Made by a program: the position numbers and the translations under genes
Assembly: GCA_963693365.1 (NCBI GenBank)
Contig: CAVNZM010000014.1
Location: 3,596,001 to 3,660,000 of the forward strand
Reading direction: 5' to 3'
DNA from: Amoebidium appalachense
Taxonomy: Eukaryota > Protista > Ichthyosporea
DNA: 64,000 nucleotides
The notes under the pieces: model-generated
Databases searched by the model: none
What the model saw: the letters and a program-made list of their open reading frames with translations, nothing else
Told to the model about the DNA's origin: nothing
Shown here: positions 41,740 through 62,492 of the stretch, one piece after another
Position numbering within the stretch: position 1 is the stretch's first letter
Layout of the letters: each line of letters begins with the position of its first letter

Positions 41740-43576
41740 ACACACACACACCACACACACACCCTCTGTTCCTCGCGCACAAGAAGCACACACAAAAAAC
41801 AAGGTCCAAGAGGGCTTCCAGCTGTCGTTTGTTTAGATGGAGTTCCTTTGCTTGCTTCTTTTTATTGTCTCTTCGTTTGCTTAATTTGAGGAGTGTTATA
41901 GCTAGCAGTCATTGGATAGATCTCTGTAAATAGTTTGAGATGGCGGCTGTCGATGTTCATGTGGCGATGATAAGAGAATGAGCTTTCGAAGGTATGGTTA
42001 TAATATGTATACATGCAATTTCAAGTTGAGCACACCCGAAGATGTTTAAGGAAGGCTACCAGGTAGTGACTGTTGTAAGAGTACATATAGCCGTGAGAAC
42101 TATGAATGCCGATGCAATATGTATGTTGGTCATGTTGAAGCGTTATATCTAGGTTGCGCGGGTATACCGGTGCGTGTAAGAGTTGCTGGTGATGTAGGAC
42201 TTGCCGGTGTTATGTCCTCGATAGAAACTATGTATGTCTTTGAGAAATGATAATGGGCGGCGCCGACAATAGCGTACATATACACTGAGTCTACCTTCAT
42301 GAAACGTCTAACCACATGTGCTGGCCATGGTTTTGTGGGTAGATGTAAGAACAACGACTTCACCTTCCCCTGTATACGCAAGCTTGTGTGTCAGGTATCC
42401 GAGTGCCACCACGGTGGCCGTAACAGAGTCAAAACTAAGCCTTTCGTGTGGCACACGCGTGAATCACCGCCATGACCCCAAGACTCAGCTTGGGATGTCA
42501 AGATGCTTAGAATATTTACCTGTCCTTCACCTTTAAGTCAACCGCAAAACCAAAAAAACCTGAGAGTTTGAAGTTCTCAAGCTCAGCTGCTGCAGTGGTG
42601 TCTCGGTGCCAGTGGTGCTCATTTATTTGCATGTACCAAAGCTACAGCGGTGTAACTATTTTGCAATGAGTAGATAGTTGGCGATGCACCTTTTCGGAGG
42701 AGGATCAATCTACAAGCTACCATGGCTACTCTTTGCTGTCTCCTCTGCCTAACTCTCTCTCATATGCGATGAGGCTTGCCGCCCACCCAATCCTCTCAAC
42801 TTCTCCAAATGGCAAGCCTTGCTACGTCCTTCCTGAGCCCCACACCAGTGCAGAGTGCCAGGCACTCTGGAGATCAGGCTATTCTATCTTCCTCTGTGAG
42901 TGTACGTGTGTGCACTTCCCTTTCTACCTTCACCACTCTTTTTCTCTCGCCTTTACCTTACTGCCTTCATTCCTTCCACGCTTCCCCCCTCTCTCCATCA
43001 GTCCATTACCCCGACTCCACGGACCCTCACAAAACTGTGTTGTGAGAACACGGTGACGGACCTGACGGTCGCTTTGTGTGGGCGCTACCCGAGTGGTCAC
43101 AGCAAGTTGATTGGCTACTTAGAGGACGGTTTCTTAGCCATATATGGCTTATCTACAATTTGATCGTGTCACATTGGATGCCATAAAAGCGGGGCAAACA
43201 TACTTCAAAATACAGATGGATAATTCCTTGCGATATGATATGGACTGCCATTCTGGATGATTGTTAACTGGTGTTCAGCATTTTAATACTTTCTAATATT
43301 TTATACTCTCAAAAACTGTAATAGTATGATGAAAAATACCTAAGGCTACAGGTTAATTTGAAAGGAATACTCTACTTATCCAACCATGGTCATGGAGCTC
43401 AATATTGATCACAATTTACCCCCCTCGTAGTAACTAAATTCCTGGCGGGCGGATGATCACGTTTCGCAGTTTTTTTCACCTGAACGGTTTTGAACTCATT
43501 TTCGTTCGAAGACTGACTTTTGAAAGTAAAAATTTTTTTTTTTGCCTTTTAGGGTCCTTTTATTTTCAACGCTAAA

Positions 43577-50026
<6,450 letters not shown>

Positions 50027-50626
50027 GCCAATCATATGCGGTATGAAGAAGAACACGCCGCTCCATAGTGTGTAGAAGAACATGCTGTTCCTGTGTTGGG
50101 AATGGGTGTAACCGCGTTCCCCACCTCCCTGCGAGCATGTTTCTCTGGTTCTGCCTTCCTCGTTGCACAACACAAAAAACAAACAGCAAATTTTCAACGT
50201 TTTTTTTTTTTTAAAGGTTTTAGGTTTTAGGCGTGTTTGTAGGCAACCAGATATATAAAGACATGAAGTTGATCTGTAACCTTTCAACTGTATCATGCAG
50301 ATTTGCCAGATGAATGACCGGAAAAACTTAGATGAGGATTTATCAAAGCAAAACGTTTAAGGTGGTCTCTTACCAGTACGTTCCTTGCCCAAATATGGTC
50401 ACCACACATTCATTTGTGGTATTATCATGCATGGGGTACGTTACATGTCTATGCAGCTTGTGCTGTACATACATTCATACATACATATGGAACATATGTG
50501 ATCCTTTTTGATATGTGATCGTAAAGGAGGTGTGTCCACTGGTGGGCTTATATTGCATATCTTTGCCGACTCTTTCTCATTCGTGAGAGACGACCTCATC
50601 CCCCCCCCCCCCCCCCCCCCCCCCCC

Positions 50627-50658
<32 letters not shown>

Positions 50659-50798
50659 ACGCACACACACATGCACCCACATCCTCGAACTCCTACAAAA
50701 CCCCATAGGTACCGGCATAGGTATGTCAAAACCACATCTATCTCTACAACAACATCGACAATATTCCAAATCACTTTTCTAGTTTTTTTTTTGGCTCT

Positions 50799-50844
<46 letters not shown>

Positions 50845-50954
50845 ACCACCACCACCGCCACCGCCACCGCCACCATTTCACAATCGTTCGTGTCGTTCGT
50901 GTCGGTACCACTCATCCACCCACTCATCGACCCGCACTTGCGCACTCCAAGACA

Positions 50955-51396
50955 TACACACACAGAGAGAGAGAGACAGACACACAAGAGGGAGAGGGAG
51001 ACAGACACACAGAGAGAGAGAGACTGACACACAAGAGGGAGGGAGAGACAGACACACAGAGGGAGAGAGAGACAGACACACAAGATGGAGAGAGAGACAC
51101 ACACACACAGAGAGAGAGAGACAGACACACAGAGGGAGGGAGAGACAGACACACAGAGAGAGAGAGAGACAGACACACAGAGAGAGAGAGAGACAGACAC
51201 ACAGAGAGAGAGAGAGACAGGCACACACAGAGAGAGAGAGAGAGACAGACACACAGAGAGAGAGACAGACGCAGAGAGAGAGAGAGACAGACACACACAG
51301 AGAGAGAGAGAGACAGACACACAGAGAGAGAGAGAGACAGACACACAGAGAGAGAGAGAGACAGACACACAGAGAGAGAGAGAGACAGACACACAG
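50955..51396. repeat. ~24-bp compound minisatellite (agagagagagagacagacacac)n
   Basis: Directly visible in the region between the convergent Rab6 and FAM193 3' ends. Confidence 0.9.
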
Positions 51397-51975
51397 CACC
51401 ACCACCACGGTCACCAACCATGGACGTGTACGTTTGAATGTGTGCCGTAAGATTAGGCCTGTTCTTTCGGTCATTCAATATTGATCGCTTTACACCAAGC
51501 CAAGTTAAGTTAACACACATGCGCATGCATGAGGTTCAACCCGTCTGTGTTCGTGACTGAGAAGTTTACGTAAGCACACAATGCCTGACTGAGATGCAAC
51601 GAAAACACCCAGTTTCAAACGATTGTATGCATAGGCAGACAACAACATATGTCATATATTCCTACATTTTTTTTTGAAACCTATATAATAATAAAAAATT
51701 GCGTGCCAAAAGCCTTAGTTAATTAACTTTCCCGCCCAAATTTTTATTTTTGGCTAATCAGTTAGTCTAAGATCGCGCGCGAGTAATTGATACATTAGTT
51801 CATATGTACGTATGTAGCGCCTTTGCTGCCAGCACACCCCAGGTCAGGTGGGACCGGGTGGACAAATATCAGCCTGAGGCCACGCCGCACGACTTAAATG
51901 GCAGCCAGCAGACGTCCAAATAATTAGTAGGCCCGACGAGGTGGGGGGGGGGGCCCGCCAAAAAAAGGGAGCCTA

Positions 51976-52012
<37 letters not shown>

Positions 52013-52133
52013 TTAAAAATGGGTGGGTGGGTGGGTATGGGGGCGGGGCCTATGGGGAGGGGAGCCTGGGAGGGGGGGCTTTAAAAAAAAATAGGAGGGT
52101 GGATGGGTGTGTGGTGGTGGTGGTGGTGGTGGT

Positions 52134-52171
<38 letters not shown>

Positions 52172-52949
52172 TTCGGTCAACTTCGTGTCACGTCATTGAC
52201 AATCGCCATTGCATTCCATGTATTTCACAAACGTCATAAGTCAAACCGTTAAGTCTCTGCAAGCCCCTCCAAGGGGCCTTCCTTTCACTATTAGTAGGCA
52301 GATTTCTTTATGTAAGATACTGTTTCACACACGATTTTAGCACATTGTTATGAATAATAAAGCACAGTTTTAGAATATTATCCTGCCCCAAATACCAGGT
52401 ATTTGTTTGTATAACGTTCTTCCTGGAGGGGAAAGGTCGGTCTTTCTACGCTCGTCCTTAGCAAACAGTCTAATAGTAATATAGCATGCGGAATCAGGAA
52501 ACATATCTCAATTCCCGATGTCGCACGCACAAACGCAAAATTCCCACCCAGTCAACACCCAAAACTACAATCGCACTTCTCATACCATGGACATCTATTT
52601 AGGCAACCAATCATAGAGCAAAGTGAACCCGGCATCCACAAAAATAATAATAACAATAATAATAATAATAATAATAAAAAATTAAAAAACGGCACCACCC
52701 CAGAAAACCGTCACACATTATTAAGGCAAAGAGTTGAGGATCCAGTCAAATCACTCTCACATACAAAAGGCCTCTAGGATTTAGAGATTTCCACCGGAAA
52801 ACCCCCCATAGGTCCACGTCAATCCCTCCTATAACACATTCTACCACACAGGCCGACCACACGTATCACTCGAGGAGGAGGGAGGGGGGGAGGGAGGGAC
52901 GGGGGGGGGGGGGGTCTATGCAAATTAACACCCGACAGAAGACACAAAA

Positions 52950-55900
52950 CTACGACTTGAGCTTAAACTTCGACTTGAGGGCTCCAATGTTGATGTTAAC
53001 GGCAATTTTCTTCCTCTCGGCGGGGGGGTTCGAATGCAAATTACTGCAAAACCGCTTGAATTCCTCGACCTCCCTATCCACATCTCCATCCAACCCATCC
53101 AAATCGTCTAGCGGGGTGAAAATATCGTCCAAAGACGTAAAAGCCGCCCCCATCTTTTTGTCATTGGCTCCCCCCGGCTGCAAAAGCGACCCCCCGCCCG
53201 ACCCCTTCCTCACATTTCCACCCTCGTCGCTCGGTTGGTTGTTGGGGAGCTTCCCAGCACCCTTTTGCGTCGGCATCGAGGAGGGGGTATTCTTCGCGTT
53301 CGCAATTTTCGCGGGTGTTGACTGGTTTTGCCCCGCCGTAGCAGCGCTCGTTGTGGTAGTGGCGGTTGGGGTAGTGGGTCCGTTGGAGAGTTGTGTCTTC
53401 ACGTCACTAGGTTTCGCACCGCCCCCGTTGTTCCCCTTCGCCTGCGCGTTAACCGTTGGCGTGGGTTGAGTCTTCCCTTGCTGCTTTGCATTCTGCTGTT
53501 TCCCCCCCGCCGAAACGTTTGTCACACCGCCGCTCGTGTTGGGCGTAGCAGTCGTAATTCCTTGCTGCTTGCCCGCCTGCGGCTGTTGCGTTGGTTGAGT
53601 CGCCGCCGCCGCCGTTTTCGAACCCTGCTTCTGGGCCGGTGTCGGTGATGGTTCGTCAATCTTCGCCTTCCCCTTGCCTCCGTTTCCACCGTTCCCACCC
53701 TGCTCCTCCTTCCCCTTATCCCCTTTCTCTCCTTTCCCCACCCCCCGCCCCCGCCGTGTTCGCACCCGAACCTGCCGCTGCCGCCGCCGTGTTCGAATTG
53801 GTAGAAGACTGTCTCCGCACGCCGGCCGCCGGCTGCGAAACATTCCCCCCCCTCGGCGGCTCCTTGAGCGGCAGGCGTCACGGCCTTTTTCCCACTTGAA
53901 AGAGCCGGCGCGTTTACGGTTTGCTTCTCGTTTGCACCAACGGTGGTCGATTTGGTCTTGGAACCGCCGCCGGGGGAAACCGTGGTTGTGTCTTGCTGGG
54001 GGGTAGTGGTGGTGGTCGGGATTACCTGCCCTCCCTTCTTCTTCCCCTTGCCTGTTGCCGCCGGCGCCGGAGCAGAGCCAGCGTCCGCATTTCCGGTCGG
54101 AGCGTTCGCAGTAGCAGGGGCCGGGTTGAGTTGGGGTGATTGTGGGGGGGGGTTCATCCTCAACAAACGGGGTGGGGGGTGGGGGTTCTTCGGACTCTTC
54201 CTTCTGTTTTTCCTGTTTCTTGCGCAGCCGTTTTGCCCTCTTCGACTCCGCCCCCTTCTCAGCAACCTCCGGAGGTCTCGGTTTAGACTTCTGCCCCTCG
54301 ATGTATTGCAACAAATCGTCGACGGGAGCGACAACGTGCGCTAGTTTCGACGCCGCCTCCGCCCGTTTTCTCCTCTCCTCTTCCTCCTGCGCGAGTTTCT
54401 CCTTCCTCGCCTTTTCCTGTTGCAACCTCTGTTGCAACTTCTTCCGCATAGCGCCCGAATCATGGTTGGATTTGGGCGCGGGGGCTCCGCCGCTGTTATA
54501 CCCGTGTTTGTGGCAGTGCGGGCACTCCCTCTGCGTGCAAGGAGCGCCCCCCTCACCTCCCGCGGGGTCGTTTCCACACGTCCCCTCATAATCGTCCCCT
54601 TCGCTATCTTCATCATATTCATCCCCACCACTATCCTCTCCGTCATAATCCCCCGGCCCGGGCTGCGGCGGCGCCGGACGCATCGGCACGTTTGGCTGCA
54701 TGCTAGGCATAGGAACACCCCCACCACCCGCGGGATACCTTCCCCCCGGGGTATTACCGACCGGCGGAACGGCGCCGCCGACGGATCCAAGAGGGGGTTG
54801 GGGTGCATAGAGGTATGGGTCGGAGGGAGGATTCTGCGCCGGATAGGAAGAAAGCGGTTGCGGCGCGGGAGCCTGCGGGTGTCCGGGGTAGGCCGCGATA
54901 CACGTCGGACACCCGGGGAGGGTACACTGCCCCGGGGGATGTCTCTTTGTGGCCAAAAGACTTGTTGCACGCTGACAACTCTCGCACTCGCACGAAGGTG
55001 GGCCGGGTGGGTATCCGGGCCCTCCCACAGGCATGGCGTGGGCAGGAACGGGCGGGTAACCCCCCGGAGGTGCGGGTGTGAACACGGCTATAGGGGGTTG
55101 CTGTTGTTGCTGGCTCTGAAGGGGAGGCGCACGTGTGGCTGTGTGGGGAGGCACGGACGCAGGCAGGGGGGCGGCGGGGGAAGCACCCCGGGGTTGGTGC
55201 GTGCACGGGGGAGGCACGTACGTGGAGCCCGCACCCCCTTGAACGGCCGCCGCGTAGTTCTGCAGACACACAGCGCACGACATGAAATCCGAATATCGTG
55301 ACGTAAGAGGGGGGGGAGGTACACCAACCCCAACCCCACCCCCACCCGCGGCGGTGGTAGTAACAGGGGGTGGGGGGGGCATACTCGCGCCCAGGGGAGC
55401 CGGTGCGACGGGTGGCGGTTGGCCGTATGCGGGGTCGGACATAACGGGTGGGAGGGGGGGGTTCGCCGCGGCCGCCGCGGCAGCCTGAGCCTCCTTAAGT
55501 TGCCGCTTCGCCGCTCCCTTTAACTTCTTGTTGTTGACTCTAGGCCCGCCCTTACCCGCCCCCGCAAGCGGAGGGGGTTGCGTCTGCAGGGGAACCGGCC
55601 CTACCCCGGGCTGCGGGGCCGGGGGGTACCCCTGTCTCGGCTGGCCCGTACCCAACGCCGCGTTGGACCCCCCTGCCGCCAAATTTCCTCCGGCGGAAGG
55701 ACCCCCCGCCGTGCTCTGGGGCCCATATGTGGCCACGCACTGCGGACACCCACAGTCCGGTCCTGGGGGGGTCTGTAGGTACTGCGGCTGCGCAACGGGT
55801 CGGGCCGCCGACGGCGGGCCACCGCTAACCGGCCCGGCTCCGGTTCGGCCCGATTGGCTCGGAACGGGCCCAGGGGCGGGGCCTCCGACCCTCCCTTGCC

Positions 55901-58721
55901 CTCCCCCGGGGGCCTGCCCAGGAACCAAATTTGAGGACTTGGGCGCAGGTGGGGGCGGCTGGGTTCCCGGACGTGGGAGGGATGCTCCCTGCGATGGGAT
56001 TGGCTGTTGTTGGGAGGAGGGTATAGGTTGTATCACGGGTAACCGTTGTGGCTGGGCGGCGGCTGAGAGGGGAGGCACCTGGCGTGGGCCGGGGGGACCC
56101 TGTTGCACGATCGCCTCCGGAGTGGGCCAGGGAACGCTCTGATCGTGTCTCGTCCAATCATACGCGAGGATCGGCGTCTCTGGATCGGCCAATCGCCCGG
56201 CGTACTTTTGCCAACTCCGTGGGTAGCCCGAATCCTGCCCTGACGTCCCCCCGGGCGGGAGGGAGGAGGAGAGGGGGAGGGAGGGGGAGGGAGCCGATGG
56301 AGGGAAGGTCTGGGCTCTGCGGGAGGGAGGATGGGTGGGGTGGGGGTGACCCGAAGACGGCACGGCTGTCGAATTGCTCGAGAAGTAGGCGCATCTGTTT
56401 GGGCAGGAAGAGATCAGTATGTTTTCTCTTAAAAGATAACTGTGTATATGCTCACAAAGGTTTTGATGTTTTCTATCATACAGCAGGTTGATGTGCTTTC
56501 GTCAAAAACGTCATAAGCAAACTGACAAGAGAGGCCGATGGTCATTTTCCCAAAAATGTTCACATGTTTTGCCTCAAAGAATGTCACCAAAAAGGTCGAT
56601 ATGAGGTATTCAAAAAGGGCATTGTGCTCTGCATAAACCATCAATATGTTTTCCCCAGAAAGAAAGGTAAACGTTTCCCATGAAAAGATAAATAATGGAA
56701 ATGGACGCCCATCGGTATCGTGCCACTAGTGTCACTCCTTTTATAATCTCGTACGACGCGCACATACACACACAAAACAAAACAAGCACATGGACACGGA
56801 CATACACATGCACACGCACTTCGACACAAATATATACAGGCACATTGCAGTTCAACACACATTCAATATATGCAATACACATTCAATATATGCTTGATGC
56901 GTACGAAAACGCTCACAGACACATACATACGTGCACAGTGCCCATACGCATATCTTTCAGGTACACATCAGCACAAGAACAAGGGCACATACACCTGCAC
57001 AGGTGCACACACACGGACCACCGCAAGTGCACCAGTACACCCGCCCAAACACATAGATTCGCGTACACGTACACGAACAGGTTCACATGTATATGTACAA
57101 ACACGACCACTCGACCCACATACACACACACACTCACCTATAGACAGACACACGCACGCACGAACACCATCACAACACACGCCGACACGTACAACAGCAC
57201 ACGTCCATACAGGAGATGCACAAGAACACATGCGCACCCGCACACGTACACACGTAGACAGGTACACGGATACACAAACACGTTCACATACACACACACA
57301 CCTGTATACACTCTTAAACAAACACGTACACACACATGCACACATACAAAAACCCATGCACGTACACATACAAGCAACCATATGTGCACGTATACACATA
57401 CACACACACGTACACACCTGTTTCCACCGTGCCCTCAGTGCACCCGTCTCCCTGTCAAACTTCTCATACTCCGCAAGCACCCACTCACACACACACACAG
57501 ACACGCATACACACACATACACACGTACAAATACAAAACCCATACCATACACACATACACATACACGTACACACCTGTTTCCACCGTGCCCTCAGTGCAC
57601 CCATCTCCTTGTCAAACTTCTCATACTCCGCAAGCACCTGATCATGCAGAACTGCCGTACGTGTCTCCACCCCCCCACCCCCATTCGTCCCTCCATTCCC
57701 CTCTCCCCCCTCACCAACAACACCACCGCTCCCTTTCTCTTCCGACACTCCCCCACCCACATTTCCGCCTTTCCCACTGCTTGATCCCGCCCCCGCCGCC
57801 TGCCCCGCCGACGTGTTTTCCTGCCGTTTTCCCGACGTGTTTACACCGGAATCCTTAACGTTTTTCGGTGAATTTGCGCTACCACCTGCACCCGCAGCAC
57901 CCGACCCGGAACCCGACCCGGAACCCGACCCGTTTGCCCTCAGATAATGAATGAACGGCGGTAAATTCTCCTCGACGACGGCGTCCGAAAATACAAACTC
58001 GACAAAAAGACACTTATTAAGATCCCCCCACGTCATCTCAAACAGACGCAAGAACTCTTGATCCATCATAGGGGGAAGCAATAGCTTAAATTTCTCCATC
58101 GCGATACACAGAGAGGAATATGTGTTGAGAAGGCCCCCGAAAAATCGTGCCACGGCCGCAATATTCGTTTGTTGGTTCCCCCCAACAACCCCACTAGGCG
58201 GCAAGGGGGGTTCCATACCGGAACCGGCGGCGGCGATCGGAGTCGTCTGATTGGACGCTGACGCGGAATCTTCCAGCATGTTCTCGGACGATGCCATTGA
58301 CTGCTGCTCCGGCGTGTTTGATTGGGCGGGAACGGTGGGCTGTTGCGATTGGGCGGATTCGGCCAATAGGGAGGCGAGTTTCGACCGCTCCTCCTCCATC
58401 CAGTCCTTGGCGTCGCGGAGCAGAAAATGGACCAATCGTTCGGGGTCTTCTCTTAATAGCTCCATCACAACGTCCTGATTGGGTTAAATATTAATGTTAG
58501 TGAGCAAGAATGTTGCACATGTTAGGCAATGCACATCACGATACTCCTGTATGTGCTTGCCGACGACGAAGTTGCCGTCTTAGGAAATGAACACCAATAT
58601 TTTGCTTCTGTACGGCCACCACCAACCACTCATCTCCCCCCTCCCTTGGCCAACCCGTCTCACTCTACCCTACCCCGCCATTCCCTATACTCCCCAAAAA
58701 ACACAAACGCAAACACGCACG

Positions 58722-58756
<35 letters not shown>

Positions 58757-58950
58757 CCTTCTCCCCTCGAAGGGCACACACGTGTACCCACGCCCACTCC
58801 CCCACCCGCAAGCACACACACATTTACATGACCTCAACACCATCACCACATGTACCTTCTTGCTGCACCTTTGCACCAAAAGTCGGCCACACACAAGAAA
58901 GAAACCCACTATGCACCCCACAGGAGTAGGGGGGGGTGGGGGGTGGGGGT

Positions 58951-58986
<36 letters not shown>

Positions 58987-61103
58987 AGACCCCATCGACA
59001 CTCAAATATTCACGACGGACAACACCATGCGGATATCCCAGAAAGGGCCCACGCGCATAGAGTATGCATTGAAGGGGGAGGGGGGGACGGGGGGAGGGGG
59101 GGGGGGGGGGGTTCTGGCAACACAAATTTCAAAAGTAAAGCAAATACACAAAATACGCACCTGCATGTATATGACCCACGCAGCCTGGTCCCCCTCGACC
59201 TCAGACCCCCCCTCTCTGGGGAACGTAAATCCCGTCCCTGGGCCCTCAATAGCCTCCACGGGATCCATCAACACATCCGCACCGGGGGGTTGCCTGGAAG
59301 GGAAAAAAAGGAAAAGGGGGGTTGAGGATGCGGGGAATTATGAAGGTGGGAGTGTGTATGTGTGTCTCTGTGTGTGTGGGGGGGGGGAGGATAACGGGGG
59401 GATTGGGTGGTGATGGTGGCCCTTGAGGTGAGGGAGAGCAGGGGGAGGGGGGGGGGGAGGGGGGAGGGGGGGGGAGGGGGGGGGGGGGGGGGGGGGGGGG
59501 TTGCAGACAATCTAACCACCGTTCCTATAGAAATCGTTCTCAACGGTGTTACATAATCTCTCCATAATTTCCTTGCATCAGCCCCCCCCCCCCCCCCCCC
59601 CCCCCCCCCCCACCCCCCCAACCACGCACCCACGCACCCACGCACCCACACATTCGCACACAGAGAGAGAGAGACACACCTCGTTTCACCCTTGCTCAAC
59701 CCCCCCCCATCCATCCATCATAGTTGAAGATCGACCAAAACAACCCCGATTCTTCTCCCGTGTCTACACCCAAATAGGGGTTTTCACGGAGAAAAAATCC
59801 TTAAACACATTTCTCACTTCTTGTTTCCTTTCTTTCCCCCCCCCCCCCCCCCCCCCCCTCCTTCCCCCGAAAGCCCCTCCTCCCCCTCCCCCCCCCCCCC
59901 TCCCCCCTTCCCCCCCCTCCCCGGATCTCTCAATTCCTCCTCCGGTTTCTCACCCTGCAACACACATGTAAGATTGGAAAAACGAGGTTAAAGAGGGTGT
60001 AGGGAAACCAATGCCAAGTTCCAAATAAATATATCAAACACATCTCACCTGTAAATTGCGCGCACATATCTCCGCACCATCCACCACAGGTCCCCCTCCA
60101 CGTCATACCAATCATCATCCCGTCCCGTCCCGTCAGAATATCCGACGCTCCCGCCCCCGTCCGTCCCGGCATCCCCCGAACTCTGCCCCGTATATCCCGT
60201 CTCGTTAAGATATCCCAAATTTCCATCCGGGAGGGGAGAGGTGCCGTAAAGCTCCACCGCCTTTCTACACTCGTCGCACTTACACGGCATCACCGCCATG
60301 GGGTCTATGGGCGGGAGGGGGTCCAACAGAGGTAAATTTCCGCCCCTCGATCCATCGTCGGGAATTTCAAATTCGGACACGGGAGTAGGTGGGAACGGCG
60401 AAACGTCGCGCTCTGCATTGGCGATTCGCGTAAATGGCAGTGGTGGGGGTAGGAAAATTGGTTGAGGGGGTCTGTTCTGAGGCTGTTCGGATAGGCCGAA
60501 CGCATGCGCCGGGGGAGGGAGGGGTCTATCCTTTGGCATTTCCGGGAGGGGGGGCAGGGGGGTCATCATGGGAGGTGGGGGGTCATTGGGCCACTCCGTA
60601 GGGTCGTCAGAGATGGGTATCAGACCTGTGGCTTTGGCTAGCTCCAGCCCGGCCTGTGTGTGTGTGTTGCGTGTGTGTTGGGGGGGGGGGGGGGGGGGGG
60701 GGGGGGGAGGGAGGAAAAGGGTGTGTGAAAGTGTCTGTGTGTGTTTTCGTTGTGTGCGTGTACGTGTGTGTTCTTGTCGGTGCACGTGTGTAATTGTGTG
60801 CGCGCGCATGTGTGTAAGAGAGTTGTGGGTGTTCGTAAGCATGTGTGTGTGAGGATGTGTATGTGTGTACGTATGTATGTGTGTGTTGGGGAGGGGGGAG
60901 GGGGTAAGCATGTGTGTGTGAGGATGTGTATGTGTGTACGTATGTATGTGTGTGTTGGGGAGGGGGGGAGCGGGAAAGGGGGGGGGGGGGGGGGGGGGAG
61001 GGCATGTACATGTGTGTGTGTGTGTGTGTGTCTGTGTCGGTGTACGTTTACAGATGTGTGTGGCTGGGTGGGTGGCTGGGTGGTGTTATGGGAGTTGGGG
61101 GAG

Positions 61104-61162
<59 letters not shown>

Positions 61163-61251
61163 CGGCGGGAAGCATTTGATTAGTGTCCACACAGTCACAA
61201 ATGAAGTGTCCACAAGACACACAACGCAGAAGGTGAACACGGTGTGTGTGC

Positions 61252-61299
<48 letters not shown>

Positions 61300-62434
61300 G
61301 TGTGTGTGTGTTCGTGATGTGTCCTGTATGTTTCGTTTTCTCTGTGCATGTGTGCATGTGTTCATGTGTCTGTATGTGTGCCTGGGTGGCTAGGGTGCAG
61401 GTATGCATGCCTGTAACACCCTTCATGCAAACGTGTGTGTGTGTGTCTTTGTTTTCTATCTTTCTTTTATTGTTTTTTTGTGGAAAGGGGGGGAGAGGGG
61501 GGGGAGGGGGGGGGGGGGGGGGGGGGGGGGGATTTGAATGCGGAACACGGTACGAAGTACGCATACACGAAAGACACATGCAAAGGCAAACATTCAAGTA
61601 TGCAACATCAGCCATGCGCACAGTATGCGTCATAAGCAGAGCCCATCCTCAGGGAGGGCCCAAGTCATCAATTGCGTCTGAGTTTCGACCCCTTAGCCCG
61701 CGTATATACGACTCTCCAACTCAGACAGCAGCATCAACTGAACTTGGGAGGGTCAACCCGTCTTGATCAAAGACGAGCAGGGTTGCTTATGCAAGCAAGG
61801 TGAGCAAAACGGTGAATGTGTGTGTGCAAAATAATGCAGTGCAGCGAAAAATGCGTATGTGCTTACAGACGCACGACACAGAGCAACCATGCCCGGTTGC
61901 ATGGAAGTTGTGCTTACAGACGCACGACACAGAGCAACCATGCCCGGTTGCATGGAAGTAAAGCGGTCTCCGGGGGGAGGAGGGGGAGAAGCCATAAGTC
62001 ATGTAATGCATACGCCTTTCCGGATCACCCACCACACGTATACCACCCACACCAACAAAAACACACCGACACTGCCACGTACGACCATGAACACGTGCGA
62101 CACACACACACACACACCCACACACACCCACACACACACACACACCCACACACCCACACACCCACACACATGCACACACACGGGCGCGCGCACGCGCGCG
62201 ACACACAAGCACACCCACACTCTCATTCACGTGCACGCATGGACAGACAGTGTAACATCGATACAGACAGACACACACACGGACACGCCCGCACGCGCAC
62301 ACGCAACCCCCTTCCTCCCCCCCCCCCCCCCCCCCCACCGCGCACACACCCTTTGCCCCACCACCTCCCGTCCCTCCCTTCCCCCCTCCACTCCGACCCA
62401 CACCCTTACCCCCCCACCCCCACCCACCCCCTCC

Positions 62435-62492
<58 letters not shown>

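Noticed and set aside
41950-43200. Possible small minus-strand gene between the cyclase and Rab6
   Set aside because: Short open segments and some splice-like sites, but no consistent exon chain or recognisable product.
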